Part shown: piece after piece, positions 21,603-32,788 of the stretch
Layout: each line of letters opens with the position of its first letter
Numbering within the stretch: position 1 is the first letter of the stretch
Assembly: GCA_963756875.1 (NCBI GenBank)
Contig: CAVWPA010000001.1
Coordinates: 576,001 to 640,000, forward strand
Origin: an uncultured Verrucomicrobiae bacterium
Lineage (GTDB): Bacteria; Verrucomicrobiota; Verrucomicrobiia; Chthoniobacterales; UBA10450
Length of the DNA: 64,000 nt
Direction: 5' to 3'
The notes under the pieces: model-generated
Database searches by the model: none
What the model was told of the DNA's origin: nothing
What the model saw: the letters and a program-made list of their open reading frames with translations, nothing else
Position numbers and translations under genes: made by a program

Positions 21603-23780
21603 ATGCCTGCTACGCTCGAGAAAAAACAAGCCGGTTCGAAGAATCCGAATTCGCCGAATCGCAAATTCCCGCTTGAGCGGACGCGCAACATCGGCATCGC
21701 CGCGCACATCGACGCGGGCAAGACCACGATTACCGAGCGCATCCTGTTTTACACCGGTATGATCCATAAGATGGGCGAGGTGCACGAAGGCACGACGGTG
21801 ACCGACTGGATGGAGCAGGAGCGCGAGCGCGGCATCACGATTACGTCGGCTGCGACCACCTGTGCCTGGACGCAGCGCAAAGAAGAGGGCGTTTACAAGA
21901 CTTTCGAAGGCATCAAGCAACGGATCAACATCATCGACACACCCGGGCACGTCGATTTCACGGCGGAGGTGGAGCGTTCCCTGCGCGTGCTCGACGGCGC
22001 GATCGCGGTTTTCGACGGTGTTGCCGGCGTGCAGCCGCAATCCGAGACAGTCTGGCGCCAGGCGACCAAGTACAACGTGCCGCGGCTTGCGTTCATCAAT
22101 AAAATGGACCGCGTGGGCGCCGACTTTGCAATGTCGGTGGAGAGCATCCACAAAAAACTCGGCGCGAACGCCTGGCCGGTCCTGCTGCCGCTCGGCAAGG
22201 AGGATCAACTCAAGGGCCAGATCGACGTCATTAATAAGAAGGCGATCCTTTATTCCGACAGCGATCAGCTCGGGTCGATCTACGAAGTTACGGACTTACC
22301 GAAGGAGTACGTCGATGTTGTTGAGAAAGCGTACAGCGACCTGGTCGAACAAATTTCGAATCTTGACGACGAACTTGCCGAAGCAGTTCTCGAGGAAAAA
22401 CCAATCACCCCAACGCTACTCAAGGCCGGTATCCGCCGGCAGACGATCGCGAATAAATTCGTTCCGGTGATCGGCGGCTCGGCGCTAAAAAACATCGGCG
22501 TTCAGTACCTTGTCGATGCCGTGGTCGATTATCTGCCCAGTCCGCTCGACATTCCGCCAGCCAAGGGACAAAACCCGGATACGGGCGAGGCGATGGAAGC
22601 GATCACCGATGACAACGGCACGTTCTGCTCGATCGCGTTTAAGTTGTGGAGCGATCCGTTTGTCGGAAAGCTCGTTTTCTTTCGCGTTTATTCCGGCACG
22701 CTGAGCAAAGGCGACACAGTCTACAATCCGCGCACGAACAAACGTGAGCGGATTTCCCGTTTGATACAGATTCAGGCGGACAAGCGCGAAGATATCGAAA
22801 CCTGTTACTCGGGCGACATCGCCGCCATCGTTGGTATCAAAAATATCACGACGGGCGACACGCTATGCGACGAGGACCATCCCATTCTGCTCGAGCCACC
22901 GTCGTTCCCTGATCCGGTCATTTCCATGGCCATTGAACCCAAGACGAAGGTCGATCAGGAAAAAATGTCGATCGCGCTACAGCGGCTCGCTGAGGAGGAC
23001 CCGACTTTCCGCGTTTACACACACGAAGATACCGGCCAGACGATCATCGCCGGAATGGGCGAGTTGCATCTGGAGATTATTCGCGACCGGATGTTCCGCG
23101 AATTCAAGGTCGATGCGAATGCCGGCAAACCGCAGATCGCATATCGTGAAACCATTACGACGAATGCGCACGGCGTCGGGAAATTGATCAAGCAATCCGG
23201 CGGGCGCGGTCAATACGGCCACGTCGAGGTCGATGTGCGACCCGCCGAGCGCAGCAAGGGTCTGCTCGTCGAAAACAAGATCGTCGGCGGCATTATCCCG
23301 CGCGAATACATTCCGGCTGTCAAAAAAGGCATCGAGGAAGCCGTGCTTACCGGCGTGCTCGGCGGATATCCGGTGGTCGATGTCGAGGTCGATATTGTTT
23401 ACGGGAGTTTCCATGAAGTGGACTCGAACGAGCTCGCTTTCAAAATGGCGGCGATTTTCGCGGTGAAGGACGGTTTCAAGCAGGGCAAACCGATTTTGCT
23501 CGAGCCGATCATGAAGGTCGAAAATATCACGCCGGAAGAATATCAGGGCGACATCTGCGGCGACCTTAGCCGGCGCCGTGGCGCGATCAGCAGCATCGAG
23601 ACGCGCGGTAACATGGTGATCATTCACGCCGAGGTTCCGCTTGCCGAGCTTTTCGGTTACGCCACCGCGATTCGATCGCTCTCCAAAGGCCGCTCGAGTT
23701 ATTCCATGGAGCCTTCGCACTTCGACCCGGTGCCGGCGAATCTGGTCTCGGCGATTCTCGACCAAAAGGAGGACAAATGA
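21603..23780 (+). CDS. fusA: Elongation factor G
   Basis: [17 protein letters not shown] and GMGELHL motifs. Confidence 0.99.
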   Translation: MPATLEKKQAGSKNPNSPNRKFPLERTRNIGIAAHIDAGKTTITERILFYTGMIHKMGEVHEGTTVTDWMEQERERGITITSAATTCAWTQRKEEGVYKTFEGIKQRINIIDTPGHVDFTAEVERSLRVLDGAIAVFDGVAGVQPQSETVWRQATKYNVPRLAFINKMDRVGADFAMSVESIHKKLGANAWPVLLPLGKEDQLKGQIDVINKKAILYSDSDQLGSIYEVTDLPKEYVDVVEKAYSDLVEQISNLDDELAEAVLEEKPITPTLLKAGIRRQTIANKFVPVIGGSALKNIGVQYLVDAVVDYLPSPLDIPPAKGQNPDTGEAMEAITDDNGTFCSIAFKLWSDPFVGKLVFFRVYSGTLSKGDTVYNPRTNKRERISRLIQIQADKREDIETCYSGDIAAIVGIKNITTGDTLCDEDHPILLEPPSFPDPVISMAIEPKTKVDQEKMSIALQRLAEEDPTFRVYTHEDTGQTIIAGMGELHLEIIRDRMFREFKVDANAGKPQIAYRETITTNAHGVGKLIKQSGGRGQYGHVEVDVRPAERSKGLLVENKIVGGIIPREYIPAVKKGIEEAVLTGVLGGYPVVDVEVDIVYGSFHEVDSNELAFKMAAIFAVKDGFKQGKPILLEPIMKVENITPEEYQGDICGDLSRRRGAISSIETRGNMVIIHAEVPLAELFGYATAIRSLSKGRSSYSMEPSHFDPVPANLVSAILDQKEDK

Positions 23781-24088
23781 CCGACGGCCAGCGCATTCGC
23801 ATCCGTTTGAAAGCATTCGATCATCGCATGCTGGACCAATCCGCCGTGGAGATTGTGGAAACCGCGAAGCGCACCGGCGCACGCGTGGCCGGCCCGATCC
23901 CGTTGCCGACGTTGATCGAGAAGTTCACCGTGAACCGCTCGCCACACGTCGATAAGAAATCGATGGAACAATTTGAGATCCGCACGCACAAACGCCTGCT
24001 CGACATTATCGAGCCGACGGCAAAGACAGTGGATGAGTTGAAGAAATTGAACTTGCCTGCGGGCGTTGATATTACGATTAAGATTTAG
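23777..24088 (+). CDS. rpsJ: 30S ribosomal protein S10
   Basis: RIRLKAFDH...GPIPLPT...RTHKRL. Confidence 0.99.
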   Translation: MTDGQRIRIRLKAFDHRMLDQSAVEIVETAKRTGARVAGPIPLPTLIEKFTVNRSPHVDKKSMEQFEIRTHKRLLDIIEPTAKTVDELKKLNLPAGVDITIKI

Positions 24089-24123
24089 ATTAAGCCGCTT
24101 GAGAATTTTGCTGCACCGCCAAC

Positions 24124-24870
24124 ATGAAAATCGGGTTACTTGGACAAAAAATCGGCATGACCAGCGTTTACGACGCCAAGGGCAGGCTGCATCCGGTGAC
24201 CGTGATTGCCGCGGGCGATAACGTTCTGTTGCGCCGGATCGCAACCGAGAACAACGGCTATTCGGCCGTGCAGGTCGGCTTCGCTTCCCAAAAAGAATCG
24301 CGCGTGACCAAGCCGTTGCTAGGGGAGTTCAAGAAGGCCGGCGCGGAGCCGAAAAGCTTTATCCGCGAATTTCGCCTGAAGAGCGATCTTCCGGAAGGCG
24401 AAATCAACCTGGCGGTGACGCAGTTTCAACCTGGCGATTTTGTCGACGTGATCGGGCGCTCCAAAGGAAAAGGATTCCAAGGCGTGATGAAGAAGCACAA
24501 TTTCCACGGGCAAGGCGCGGCGCACGGTTCAAAAACACACCGGCGCAACGGAGCGATCGGCAACCGGTCCACTCCCGGACGAATCTGGAAAAACATGGGC
24601 ATGCCGGGTCATCTCGGCGACGAGCGGGTTACCGTGCAAAACCTGCAGGTGATGCAAATTCGCGAGGCCGAGAAAGTGATTTTGATCAGTGGCGCGGTTC
24701 CCGGCCCGAATGGCAGCTACGTGGTCGTTAGGCCGGCGATCAAGGGACGAACGGCAAGACCTGAAGCGGCGAAGAAGCCGGAGGCCGCTAAAAAAGCCGA
24801 GGCTGCCAAAAAGCCGGAAGCTGCGAAGAAACCGGAGGCCGCAAAGGAAACGCCCGCGGCGACTAAATGA
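24124..24870 (+). CDS. rplC: 50S ribosomal protein L3 with PEAAKK-repeat tail
   Basis: KIGMT, SKGKGFQG and GAVPGP motifs. Confidence 0.98.
   Translation: MKIGLLGQKIGMTSVYDAKGRLHPVTVIAAGDNVLLRRIATENNGYSAVQVGFASQKESRVTKPLLGEFKKAGAEPKSFIREFRLKSDLPEGEINLAVTQFQPGDFVDVIGRSKGKGFQGVMKKHNFHGQGAAHGSKTHRRNGAIGNRSTPGRIWKNMGMPGHLGDERVTVQNLQVMQIREAEKVILISGAVPGPNGSYVVVRPAIKGRTARPEAAKKPEAAKKAEAAKKPEAAKKPEAAKETPAATK
24760..24849 (+). repeat. 18-bp coding tandem repeat x5 (PEAAKK)
   Basis: Five hexapeptide units with synonymous divergence. Confidence 0.9.
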
Positions 24871-25580
24871 GCGCGAAAGTTTTGACCAAAGCGGCGGCCA
24901 AGGAAGCGAAGATCGACGTCATCGAAGACGGTCGCGGTACGCAGGCGGTACACGACGTGGTGGTCGCGATGCGTGCGGCGAGACGCTCGGGATCGGCGAA
25001 CACGAAAACCAAGGCGGAAGTCGACATGTCGGGCTCAAAGCCCTGGCGGCAAAAGGGTACAGGGCGCGCGCGCGCCGGTTACGTTTCGTCGCCGGTGTGG
25101 CGTGGCGGCGGCGTAGTATTTGGACCGAAGCCGCGCGACTATTCGAAGAAGGTTTCAAAAAACGCGCGACGTCTGGCGTTTCGTAAGGCATTGAGCGAAC
25201 GAATCAAAGCAGGAGACGTCCTTACGATCGACAAGTTCGCCGTCGCGGAGCTGAAGACGAAGTCGTTCGTATCGATGGTGAGGAAAGCGACCGATGCAAA
25301 CAAGGTTCTCATCATTTCGGATTCGTTCGATGAAAAGACCTTTAAATCCGCGCGAAATGTGCAGCCGGTGAAGCTCGCGATGGCGTCCGAGGTGAACACA
25401 GAGCAACTGCTCGCATTTGAAAAAATCCTGGTTACGCAAGCTGCGCTCGCAGAGCTGGCAAAGCGTTTAACGCGGCCCTCACCTGGCGCGTCGCGTCCTC
25501 CTCTCCCTGAGGGAGAGGGAAGGGCGAGGGCGTCTGCAAAAGGTGAAGAGAAAGAATCGGCGAAAGAAACGCGCGAATGA
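24867..25580 (+). CDS. rplD: 50S ribosomal protein L4
   Basis: KPWRQKGTGRARAG...GGGVVFGPKPR. Confidence 0.98.
   Translation: MSAKVLTKAAAKEAKIDVIEDGRGTQAVHDVVVAMRAARRSGSANTKTKAEVDMSGSKPWRQKGTGRARAGYVSSPVWRGGGVVFGPKPRDYSKKVSKNARRLAFRKALSERIKAGDVLTIDKFAVAELKTKSFVSMVRKATDANKVLIISDSFDEKTFKSARNVQPVKLAMASEVNTEQLLAFEKILVTQAALAELAKRLTRPSPGASRPPLPEGEGRARASAKGEEKESAKETRE
25476..25530. repeat. CCCTCACC...CCTCTCCC-nnn-GGGAGAGG palindromic element inside the rplD 3' end
   Basis: Same family as the copies at 43214-43346. Confidence 0.75.
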
Positions 25581-25858
25581 ACGAGCCTCACGATATTATC
25601 CAAACGGCGTCGTTGACGGAAAAATCGACGTTGCTGGGCGAGAAACAGAACAAGTATGTGTTTCGAGTCAGCCCGCGCGCCAACAAGATTCAAATCAAAC
25701 AGGCGATCGAGCGCTTGTTTCACAAGAAGGTTGTCGACGTCAATACGTGCAATTACGCGGGCAAAATGAAACGCGTCCGCGGCCCGCTCGGCCGCCGGCC
25801 TCATTGGAAGAAGGCGATCGTGACACTGGCGGAAGGCGAAAAAATCGACCTGCTTTAA
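25577..25858 (+). CDS. rplW: 50S ribosomal protein L23
   Basis: [15 protein letters not shown] and WKKAIVTL motifs. Confidence 0.98.
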   Translation: MNEPHDIIQTASLTEKSTLLGEKQNKYVFRVSPRANKIQIKQAIERLFHKKVVDVNTCNYAGKMKRVRGPLGRRPHWKKAIVTLAEGEKIDLL

Positions 25859-25862
25859 TTTT

Positions 25863-26711
25863 ATGGCACTGAAAAGTTATCGTCCGCTCACACCGACCCA
25901 GCGTTTCAAGTCGCTTCCCGGCTTTGACGAAATCACACGGGCGAAACCGGTGAAAAGTCTGGTGGAGCCGAAAAGGAGAAGTGGTGGCCGAAATAATTTT
26001 GGCCGGCTCACATCGCGCCACATCGGCGGCGGTCACAAGCAGAAATATCGCAAAGTCGACTTTGCGCGGCGCAAGCGCGGCGTGTCAGCTGAGGTGCTTG
26101 GCGTGGAGTACGATCCGAATCGCTCCGCGCGCATCGCCCTGATCAAATATACGGACGGCGAGCTGAGCTATATCCTTGCGCCGGACGGGCTACTTATCGG
26201 CGCAACGGTTGCGGCGGGGGACGATGTTGCTCCCGAACTCGGCAACGCGCTGCCGCTGCGTGCGATCCCGCTCGGGACAAGCATTCACAATATCGAATTG
26301 ATGCCTGGCCGGGGCGGCAAGGTTGCGCGCAGTGCCGGTCAGCAGGCAATCTTGAACAACCTCGAAGGGGGTTACGCGTTGGTGAAAATGCCGTCCGGAG
26401 AAATCCGGCGGATTCACGAGAACTGTTTCGCCACCATCGGCCAGGTCGGCAATGTCGATCACATGAATGTCTCCAGCGGCAAAGCTGGGCGGACACGCTG
26501 GCGCGGGCGACGCCCCCATGTGCGCGGCATGGTCATGAACCCGATTGATCATCCAATGGGCGGCGGCCAGGGGAAATCGAAAGGGGGCGGCGGCCGGCAC
26601 CATCCAGTCAGCCCGTGGGGACAATTGGCCAAAGGATTTAAGACGCGCAGCAAACACAAACCGAGTGATCGGTTTATTTTGGAAAGGAGAAAGTCGAAGA
26701 AAAAAGCCTGA
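25863..26711 (+). CDS. rplB: 50S ribosomal protein L2
   Basis: [11 protein letters not shown] and [11 protein letters not shown] motifs. Confidence 0.99.
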   Translation: MALKSYRPLTPTQRFKSLPGFDEITRAKPVKSLVEPKRRSGGRNNFGRLTSRHIGGGHKQKYRKVDFARRKRGVSAEVLGVEYDPNRSARIALIKYTDGELSYILAPDGLLIGATVAAGDDVAPELGNALPLRAIPLGTSIHNIELMPGRGGKVARSAGQQAILNNLEGGYALVKMPSGEIRRIHENCFATIGQVGNVDHMNVSSGKAGRTRWRGRRPHVRGMVMNPIDHPMGGGQGKSKGGGGRHHPVSPWGQLAKGFKTRSKHKPSDRFILERRKSKKKA

Positions 26712-26770
26712 TCCTGTAGCCGCGGCGTTCTGACTAATCCGCGTGGGCTGCAAACTTCTACTTGAAATTT

Positions 26771-27049
26771 ATGGCAAGATCATTGAAGAAAGGCCCCTTC
26801 GTCGAGTCGCATCTGCTGGAGAAGATCGATAAGATGAACTCTTCGGGTGCGAAAAAGGCGATCAAGACCTGGTCGCGGCACTCGATGGTGACGCCGGATT
26901 TTGTCGGTCACACGTTTTTGGTTCATAACGGAAAGATTTTTCATTCCGTTTTCATAACCGAGAACATGGTCGGGCATAAACTCGGCGAATTTTCGCCTAC
27001 GCGGATGTTTAAGAAACACGGATCGCACACGGCGAAGGTAACGAAGTAA
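26771..27049 (+). CDS. rpsS: 30S ribosomal protein S19
   Basis: [10 protein letters not shown]...[11 protein letters not shown]. Confidence 0.99.
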   Translation: MARSLKKGPFVESHLLEKIDKMNSSGAKKAIKTWSRHSMVTPDFVGHTFLVHNGKIFHSVFITENMVGHKLGEFSPTRMFKKHGSHTAKVTK

Positions 27050-27886
27050 GTGAATTTGCGGATTACGAATTGTGAATTGCGATTGTCGACATGGGCAGCC
27101 GCTATTTCGCAATTTGTGATCGGGGGAGCGTTAGTCTGCTACGGCAGCGACGCAGGGAAGAGTTCTTTGTCAGAATCTAAAATTGAAAACGCGGAGCAAA
27201 AAGTGACCGCGGCAGCGTTACTTGCGCAAGACAACGATTTGCGAAAGCAATTGTCGATGGCACGGGAATCGGTCAGAACTCTGACCGCGAGCCTGGCGGA
27301 GTCGAATGCCGAGGCGGAGGTGTTTCGCCGCAAGTATTCCGATTTGGAACTGCGGATGGAGGCGCTCGGGCTCGAGTCGGCGAACAAGGATCGCGCAAAG
27401 CTGGAGCAGCGGCTGCTGGCAGCGGTAAGCGATTTGCGTCTCGCCGAAGATGAGCGGGACGAGTATCGCGATCACATGCTGCGACTGAACGAAGCGATCC
27501 TGCGATATTTGAAAACGTCGCAGGGCGGCGACGCGCAGGCGCGAATGGATGTGGAAGCGCAGTTGCGTAGCGCGAATCAGCTGGTGACCAAATCGGCTCG
27601 CGCGTCTGCCGGGTCGGCAGCGCCGGGTTTGATGGACGGCAGCGTAATCAGCGTGAAGGACGAATGGTCGTTCGTGGTCGGCAATCTGGGGGAACGGCAG
27701 GGTGTGAAAATTGGGATGCCGCTGCGTGTGCTGCGCGGTGACCGGAAGATCGCAACGTTACGTGTGGTCGATGTCCGGCAGCGGATTTGCGGCGCGGTGA
27801 TTCAAGACATGGTTTCTGAGAAAGAAAAAATAAAAGTGGGCGATCGCCTCCAGGCGGATGTCCACGCGAATGTGAGTTTGAAATGA
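27050..27886 (+). CDS. Non-ribosomal hypothetical protein (hydrophobic N-terminus, coiled coil, FlgT-C-like beta domain)
   Basis: 278-aa ORF filling the rpsS-rplV gap; GTG start directly follows the rpsS stop. Confidence 0.8.
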   Translation: MNLRITNCELRLSTWAAAISQFVIGGALVCYGSDAGKSSLSESKIENAEQKVTAAALLAQDNDLRKQLSMARESVRTLTASLAESNAEAEVFRRKYSDLELRMEALGLESANKDRAKLEQRLLAAVSDLRLAEDERDEYRDHMLRLNEAILRYLKTSQGGDAQARMDVEAQLRSANQLVTKSARASAGSAAPGLMDGSVISVKDEWSFVVGNLGERQGVKIGMPLRVLRGDRKIATLRVVDVRQRICGAVIQDMVSEKEKIKVGDRLQADVHANVSLK

Positions 27887-27892
27887 GGAGAG

Positions 27893-27980
27893 GTTACAAG
27901 GTTAAAAGAGTTACAATGTTACAAGGGCGAAATGAGCTGCCGCTGTAACGATGTAACTTTTGTAACCATTTAACTGCAAC
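27893..27980. repeat. Inverted octamer arrays (GTTACAAG)n ... (TGTAACGA)n
   Basis: Four GTTACA-type units followed by four or five TGTAAC-type units; can form a long hairpin before rplV. Confidence 0.8.
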
Positions 27981-27982
27981 GC

Positions 27983-28477
27983 ATGGAAGTCAGATCGATA
28001 TATAAATATGCGCGGATTTCGCCGTTCAAGGTGCGCGAAGTCACGCGTGAGATCCAGGGTCTGCCGGTTTCGGCCGCGCTCGATCTGCTTTCCTTTACGC
28101 CGAAGAAGGCCGCGTTCCTCGTCGGCAAGACGCTCAAGAGCGCAGTCGCCAACGCGGAAAACAACGCGAATCTCAAAGCGGACGGGTTGGTGGTGAAGGA
28201 AGCCGTGGTGGGCGAGGGTCCCACGTTCAAGCGCATCATGGCGCGAGCGCGCGGAAGCGCGAGCCAAATTCTAAAACGCACGAGTCACATTCGTATTGTG
28301 CTTTCGGACGAGATCCAAATTGAAACACGGGAAACGAGAAAGGCCAGGAAGAAGCAGGAAACGAAAGCGTCGCAAAAAGAGGCAAAGACCGGCGAGACGG
28401 CCGAAGGATCCACGGCTCCCACGGGAAAAAAGGGAGCGAAGGGAAAGAGGACAGGAAAGCCCAAGTCGAAAAAGTAA
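27983..28477 (+). CDS. rplV: 50S ribosomal protein L22 with basic C-terminal extension
   Basis: RISPFKVR, SAVANAENN and RARG...KRTSHI motifs. Confidence 0.98.
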   Translation: MEVRSIYKYARISPFKVREVTREIQGLPVSAALDLLSFTPKKAAFLVGKTLKSAVANAENNANLKADGLVVKEAVVGEGPTFKRIMARARGSASQILKRTSHIRIVLSDEIQIETRETRKARKKQETKASQKEAKTGETAEGSTAPTGKKGAKGKRTGKPKSKK

Positions 28478-28485
28478 TCTAATTT

Positions 28486-29175
28486 ATGGGACAAAAAGTT
28501 AATCCGATTGGTTTTCGATTGGGCATAAACCGCGACTGGCGCTCGCGCTGGTACGCCTCCCCGCAGGAGCTTCCGGCGTTTTTGCACAGCGACCTGAAGA
28601 TCCGCAATTACGTCAAGAAGAAGCTGCAGTTTGCGGCCGTTTCCAAGATCGTGATCGAGCGCGCGTGGAATTCGATTCGCGTCACGATCCATACCGCACG
28701 TCCCGGGATTGTGATCGGTCGCAAAGGCGCGGAGATCGAAAAAATGACCGAAGAGATTTCGAAGATGGCGCAGGGCAAGCAGATCAAGATCGACATCCAG
28801 GAAATCAAGACACCGGAACTCGATGCGCAGTTGGTTGCTGAAAACGTGGCGCTGCAAATCGAGCGCCGTATCGCCTATCGTCGCGCCATGAAAAAAGCGG
28901 TGCAGATCGCGATGGATTTTGGCGCCGAAGGAATTCGGTTGCGTTCCTCCGGCCGTCTGAACGGCGCGGAAATCTCGCGCTCGGAATGGTATAGGGAAGG
29001 CAAAGTGCCCCTGCATACGTTGCGGACCGCAATCGATTATGGTTTCGCCGAAGCGAACACGGTGTACGGGAAGATCGGGGTAAAATGCTGGATGTGTAAA
29101 AAGGAAGAGGTCCCAGTGGAAGCGCCGGCCGCGCCTGCTCCTCCTCCGCCGCCCCCTGAGCCTGCTCAAGTTTAA
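28486..29175 (+). CDS. rpsC: 30S ribosomal protein S3
   Basis: [13 protein letters not shown]...GRLNGAEI. Confidence 0.99.
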   Translation: MGQKVNPIGFRLGINRDWRSRWYASPQELPAFLHSDLKIRNYVKKKLQFAAVSKIVIERAWNSIRVTIHTARPGIVIGRKGAEIEKMTEEISKMAQGKQIKIDIQEIKTPELDAQLVAENVALQIERRIAYRRAMKKAVQIAMDFGAEGIRLRSSGRLNGAEISRSEWYREGKVPLHTLRTAIDYGFAEANTVYGKIGVKCWMCKKEEVPVEAPAAPAPPPPPPEPAQV

Positions 29176-29186
29176 GGAGAAGATTT

Positions 29187-29609
29187 ATGCCTTTGATGCC
29201 GAAACGCGTGAAGTATCGAAAGTCCCAGCGGGGAAGCCGCAAGGGAACGGCCTCGCGCAACCTCAGGATCGATTTTGGCGAGTTTGGCTTGCAAACGCTC
29301 GAGCGCGCCTGGATCACAAACACGCAGATCGAGGCTGCGCGTGTGGCGTTGACTCGCAATATGAAGCGCAAGGGCAAGTTGTGGATCCGAATTTTCCCCG
29401 ACAAATCGGTCACCGGACGCCCGCCGGAAACGCGCATGGGCAAAGGCAAGGGACAACCCGAATTTTGGGTCGCGACCGTGCGTCCGGGAAACATTCTGTT
29501 CGAGCTCGACGGCGTCCCGGAATCCGTCGCGCGCGAATCGTTGCGACTGGCGGCCGACAAGTTGCCGGTGCGGACAAAATTTTTGAGCCGCCACCACGTG
29601 GTGGCGTGA
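29187..29609 (+). CDS. rplP: 50S ribosomal protein L16
   Basis: [14 protein letters not shown] and RMGKGKG motifs. Confidence 0.99.
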   Translation: MPLMPKRVKYRKSQRGSRKGTASRNLRIDFGEFGLQTLERAWITNTQIEAARVALTRNMKRKGKLWIRIFPDKSVTGRPPETRMGKGKGQPEFWVATVRPGNILFELDGVPESVARESLRLAADKLPVRTKFLSRHHVVA

Positions 29610-29615
29610 TTATTT

Positions 29616-29819
29616 ATGAAGATCAAGGAAATCATGGAGATGAGCGTGGATGAGTTGCTGACGAAGCGACGGGACCTGCGCCAGGAACGCCTGCATTTAC
29701 GTTTGCAGCAGCAAAGCGGCCAGCTTGAGCAGCCGAGCCGGTTACGTCTGTTGCGGCGCGACGTGGCGCGAATCGAAACTGTGCTCTCTCATCGAGCCAA
29801 AGAAGCGAAAAAGAAATAA
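29616..29819 (+). CDS. rpmC: 50S ribosomal protein L29
   Basis: LRLQ...GQLE...RRDVARIET; conserved position. Confidence 0.96.
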   Translation: MKIKEIMEMSVDELLTKRRDLRQERLHLRLQQQSGQLEQPSRLRLLRRDVARIETVLSHRAKEAKKK

Positions 29820-29822
29820 TTT

Positions 29823-30152
29823 ATGGCCCAGCAAGATCGAGAAACGGCTGAGGCGGCGGCGCCATCCCCTTCAGGAGCGAAACCGCCGCCGTTGCCGGCC
29901 TCCTACACCCGGGCCCGGCGCAAGACTCGGGTCGGCGAAGTGATTTCGGACAGGATGAACAAGACGATCGTCGTTCGCACGATCACGCGCGTTCCGCATC
30001 CGAAGTTCGGCAAGATTGTGAAGCAAATGAGAAAATTTTACGCGCACGATGAAGAAAACAAGGCCAAGACCGGCGATACGGTGCGCATCATGGAAACGCG
30101 GCCGCTCAGCAAATTGAAGCGTTGGCGACTGGTGGAAGTGCTCCAAAAATAG
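29823..30152 (+). CDS. rpsQ: 30S ribosomal protein S17
   Basis: [14 protein letters not shown] and [11 protein letters not shown] motifs. Confidence 0.98.
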   Translation: MAQQDRETAEAAAPSPSGAKPPPLPASYTRARRKTRVGEVISDRMNKTIVVRTITRVPHPKFGKIVKQMRKFYAHDEENKAKTGDTVRIMETRPLSKLKRWRLVEVLQK

Positions 30153-30172
30153 ATCAACTAATTGGCAAATAT

Positions 30173-30538
30173 ATGGTTCAAATTCGATCCAGACTGGATG
30201 TGGCCGATAATACCGGCGCCCGCATGGCAACCATGATCGGCGTGATCGGGAAGCGGACGCTTTCCGCCGGGATCGGCGATGTGATCACGGCCAACGTAAA
30301 AGAGGCGAGCGCGACGGGAACAGTTAAGAAAGGCGAAGTTGTTCGGGCGGTTCTGGTCCGCACAAGGCAGCCGATTCGTCGCGAGGACGGATCGTTTCTC
30401 CGCTTCGATAACAATGCGATCGTCATCATTGATAAGGATCTCAATCCGCGCGGGACGCGCATTTTTGGGCCGGTCGCGCGCGAATTGCGCGAACGTAATT
30501 TCATGAAAATTGTTTCGCTGGCCCCGGAAGTTTTATGA
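30173..30538 (+). CDS. rplN: 50S ribosomal protein L14
   Basis: [14 protein letters not shown] and [12 protein letters not shown] motifs. Confidence 0.99.
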   Translation: MVQIRSRLDVADNTGARMATMIGVIGKRTLSAGIGDVITANVKEASATGTVKKGEVVRAVLVRTRQPIRREDGSFLRFDNNAIVIIDKDLNPRGTRIFGPVARELRERNFMKIVSLAPEVL

Positions 30539-30852
30539 ACCGAATCAAGTTCCACGTTAGGAAAGGCGACCAGGTCGAGGTCATTTGCGGGAACTTTCGC
30601 GGTTCGACGGGAAAGATCCTCGAGGTCATACCGGGCAAGCAACGGGTGCTGATCGAAGGCGTGCGAATCATCAAAAAGCACCTTCGGAAGTCCGAAGATA
30701 ATCCGCAGGGGAGAATCGCCGAGCGGGAGGGGCCGATTCACATTTCAAACGTAAAATTGATTGAGCGTGCTGCGCGCGTGGAGAAGAAAAAGACCGCGAA
30801 ACCGGAAAAGGAAAAGAAGCGCGGGCGGAGCCGCAAGGCGAAAGAGGAGTAA
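30535..30852 (+). CDS. rplX: 50S ribosomal protein L24
   Basis: KGDQVEVI and EGPIHISNV motifs. Confidence 0.98.
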   Translation: MNRIKFHVRKGDQVEVICGNFRGSTGKILEVIPGKQRVLIEGVRIIKKHLRKSEDNPQGRIAEREGPIHISNVKLIERAARVEKKKTAKPEKEKKRGRSRKAKEE

Positions 30853-30894
30853 CTTTGGGAGACCCTGCGACATTGCTCGAAATAAGAGGTTAAA

Positions 30895-31467
30895 ATGGAG
30901 AACGAATTTTATCGCGATTATAAGGACCGGGTGATACCGGCGCTTCGCGAACGACACAAATATAAAAACGCGCATCAGATTCCGCGCGTTGAAAAGGTGG
31001 TGATCAACACCTCCGTCGGCTCGCAATCAGACGTGAAGCAGGCGCTGGAGGAAGCGAAGGCGGAGCTTGCCCTGATAACCGGTCAACACCCTGTCGAAAC
31101 GTGCGCGAAGAAAAGCATTTCCAATTTCAAGTTGCGCAAGGACCAGCCGATCGGCGCGAAAGTTACCTTGCGCGGCGGGCGCATGTACGAATTTCTCGAA
31201 CGGTTGATCAAGGCGGCGTTGCCGCGGATTCGGGACTTTCGCGGTGTGTCGCCCCGTTGCTTCGACGGACACGGTAACTACACGCTCGGCGTCTCGGATC
31301 AATCCATTTTCCCCGAAGTCGAGCTTGATAAAATTAAGCGCAATATCGGATTTGATGTTACAATTGTAACGACCGCGCAGACGGATGAAGAGGCTAAGTC
31401 GCTCTTGAGCGAGATGGGAATGCCATTCACCGATCGGGCGAAAAAACCGGCTGCGCGAGCCGCCTGA
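30895..31467 (+). CDS. rplE: 50S ribosomal protein L5
   Basis: [15 protein letters not shown] and FDGHGNY motifs. Confidence 0.99.
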   Translation: MENEFYRDYKDRVIPALRERHKYKNAHQIPRVEKVVINTSVGSQSDVKQALEEAKAELALITGQHPVETCAKKSISNFKLRKDQPIGAKVTLRGGRMYEFLERLIKAALPRIRDFRGVSPRCFDGHGNYTLGVSDQSIFPEVELDKIKRNIGFDVTIVTTAQTDEEAKSLLSEMGMPFTDRAKKPAARAA

Positions 31468-31472
31468 CTTTC

Positions 31473-31871
31473 ATGAGCACTGTGACAGATCCAATTGCAG
31501 ACTTGTTGGCGCGTGTGCGCAACGCCACCCGTGCGCAGAAGATGGAAATGTTTGTTCCCTATTCGAGGATCAAGGCAGACGTCGCTCGCATTTTGAAAGA
31601 AGAAGGCTACATCACGGATTACTCCGTGGATACAAGTGCGGCGCATCCGCGAATCAAAATCACGAACAAACTGGCCGATCGCACCAGCGCGATCACAGGA
31701 TTGCGGCGCGTGAGCCGGCCCGGTTTGCGGCGCTACGTTGGAGCGAAAGAAATCCCGCGCGTTTTGGGGGGAATGGGGACCGCAATTCTTTCGACATCGC
31801 GGGGAGTCATGTCGGGTCGCGAAGCTAAAAAACAAAAAGTGGGCGGCGAGCTGCTGGCCTACGTTTGGTAG
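31473..31871 (+). CDS. rpsH: 30S ribosomal protein S8
   Basis: DPIADLL, SRPGLR and GGELLAYVW motifs. Confidence 0.99.
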   Translation: MSTVTDPIADLLARVRNATRAQKMEMFVPYSRIKADVARILKEEGYITDYSVDTSAAHPRIKITNKLADRTSAITGLRRVSRPGLRRYVGAKEIPRVLGGMGTAILSTSRGVMSGREAKKQKVGGELLAYVW

Positions 31872-31877
31872 AATTTT

Positions 31878-32417
31878 ATGTCGCGAATTGGAAATAAACC
31901 GGTCGAAATTCCCGATAAGGTCAAGGTGCACATCGACAACGATGGCGCTGTCTCTGTCGAAGGCCCGAAGGGAAAACTAACCTGGAAGTTGCCGCGGGCG
32001 ATCAAGGCCAGTCTTAAGGACAATCGCGTTTTACTGGCACGCGAAGCGGAGACCCGCAGCGTGAAAGCGTTGCACGGGCTTTCGCGCGCTCTTGTGCACA
32101 ACATGGTACAAGGGGTCAACGAGGGCTTTACCCGCAAGCTTGAGATCGAGGGCGTCGGCTTCAAGGCCGCTGTCCAGGGATCGAACTTGAATCTAAGCCT
32201 CGGATTTTCTCATCCGGTGCTGTTCCCAATTCCAAAGGAAATCAAAATCACGGTGGCGGACAACACGAAGATCAACATTGAGGGCATCGACAAGAAATTG
32301 GTCGGCCAGGTCGCCGCGGATATTCGCCGTTTTTATCCGCCCGAACCGTACAAGGGGAAGGGCGTTCGCTACGCCGGCGAACAGATCCGGCGCAAGGAAG
32401 GCAAGACCGTTCAGTAA
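31878..32417 (+). CDS. rplF: 50S ribosomal protein L6
   Basis: MSRIGNKP...[11 protein letters not shown]. Confidence 0.99.
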   Translation: MSRIGNKPVEIPDKVKVHIDNDGAVSVEGPKGKLTWKLPRAIKASLKDNRVLLAREAETRSVKALHGLSRALVHNMVQGVNEGFTRKLEIEGVGFKAAVQGSNLNLSLGFSHPVLFPIPKEIKITVADNTKINIEGIDKKLVGQVAADIRRFYPPEPYKGKGVRYAGEQIRRKEGKTVQ

Positions 32418-32419
32418 GT

Positions 32420-32785
32420 ATGGCGACTTTCATTCGTAAAGCCGCGCGCGAGCGCGTCCATCGGCGTATCCGAAAAAAAGTTGAAGGCACAGCCCAACGG
32501 CCGCGTCTTTCGATTCATTTTTCCGGGAAACATATTTATGCGCAACTTGTGGATGACGATGCCCGGAAAACCGTGGCTGCTGCGTCGAGCCTGGAGCGTG
32601 CGCTTGCCGGTAAAAACAAAGTGGCGGCAAATCGCGCAAACGCAGAGGCGGTGGGAAAGGCCATTGCCGAACGCTCGCTCGCGAAGAAAATCGATACCGT
32701 GGTTTTTGATCGCGGCGGTTTTCTTTACCACGGAAATGTGAAGGCGCTCGCAGACGCGGCGCGTGCCGGCGGACTGAAATTTTAG
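32420..32785 (+). CDS. rplR: 50S ribosomal protein L18
   Basis: [15 protein letters not shown] and AARAGGLKF motifs. Confidence 0.99.
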   Translation: MATFIRKAARERVHRRIRKKVEGTAQRPRLSIHFSGKHIYAQLVDDDARKTVAAASSLERALAGKNKVAANRANAEAVGKAIAERSLAKKIDTVVFDRGGFLYHGNVKALADAARAGGLKF

Positions 32786-32788
32786 ATC

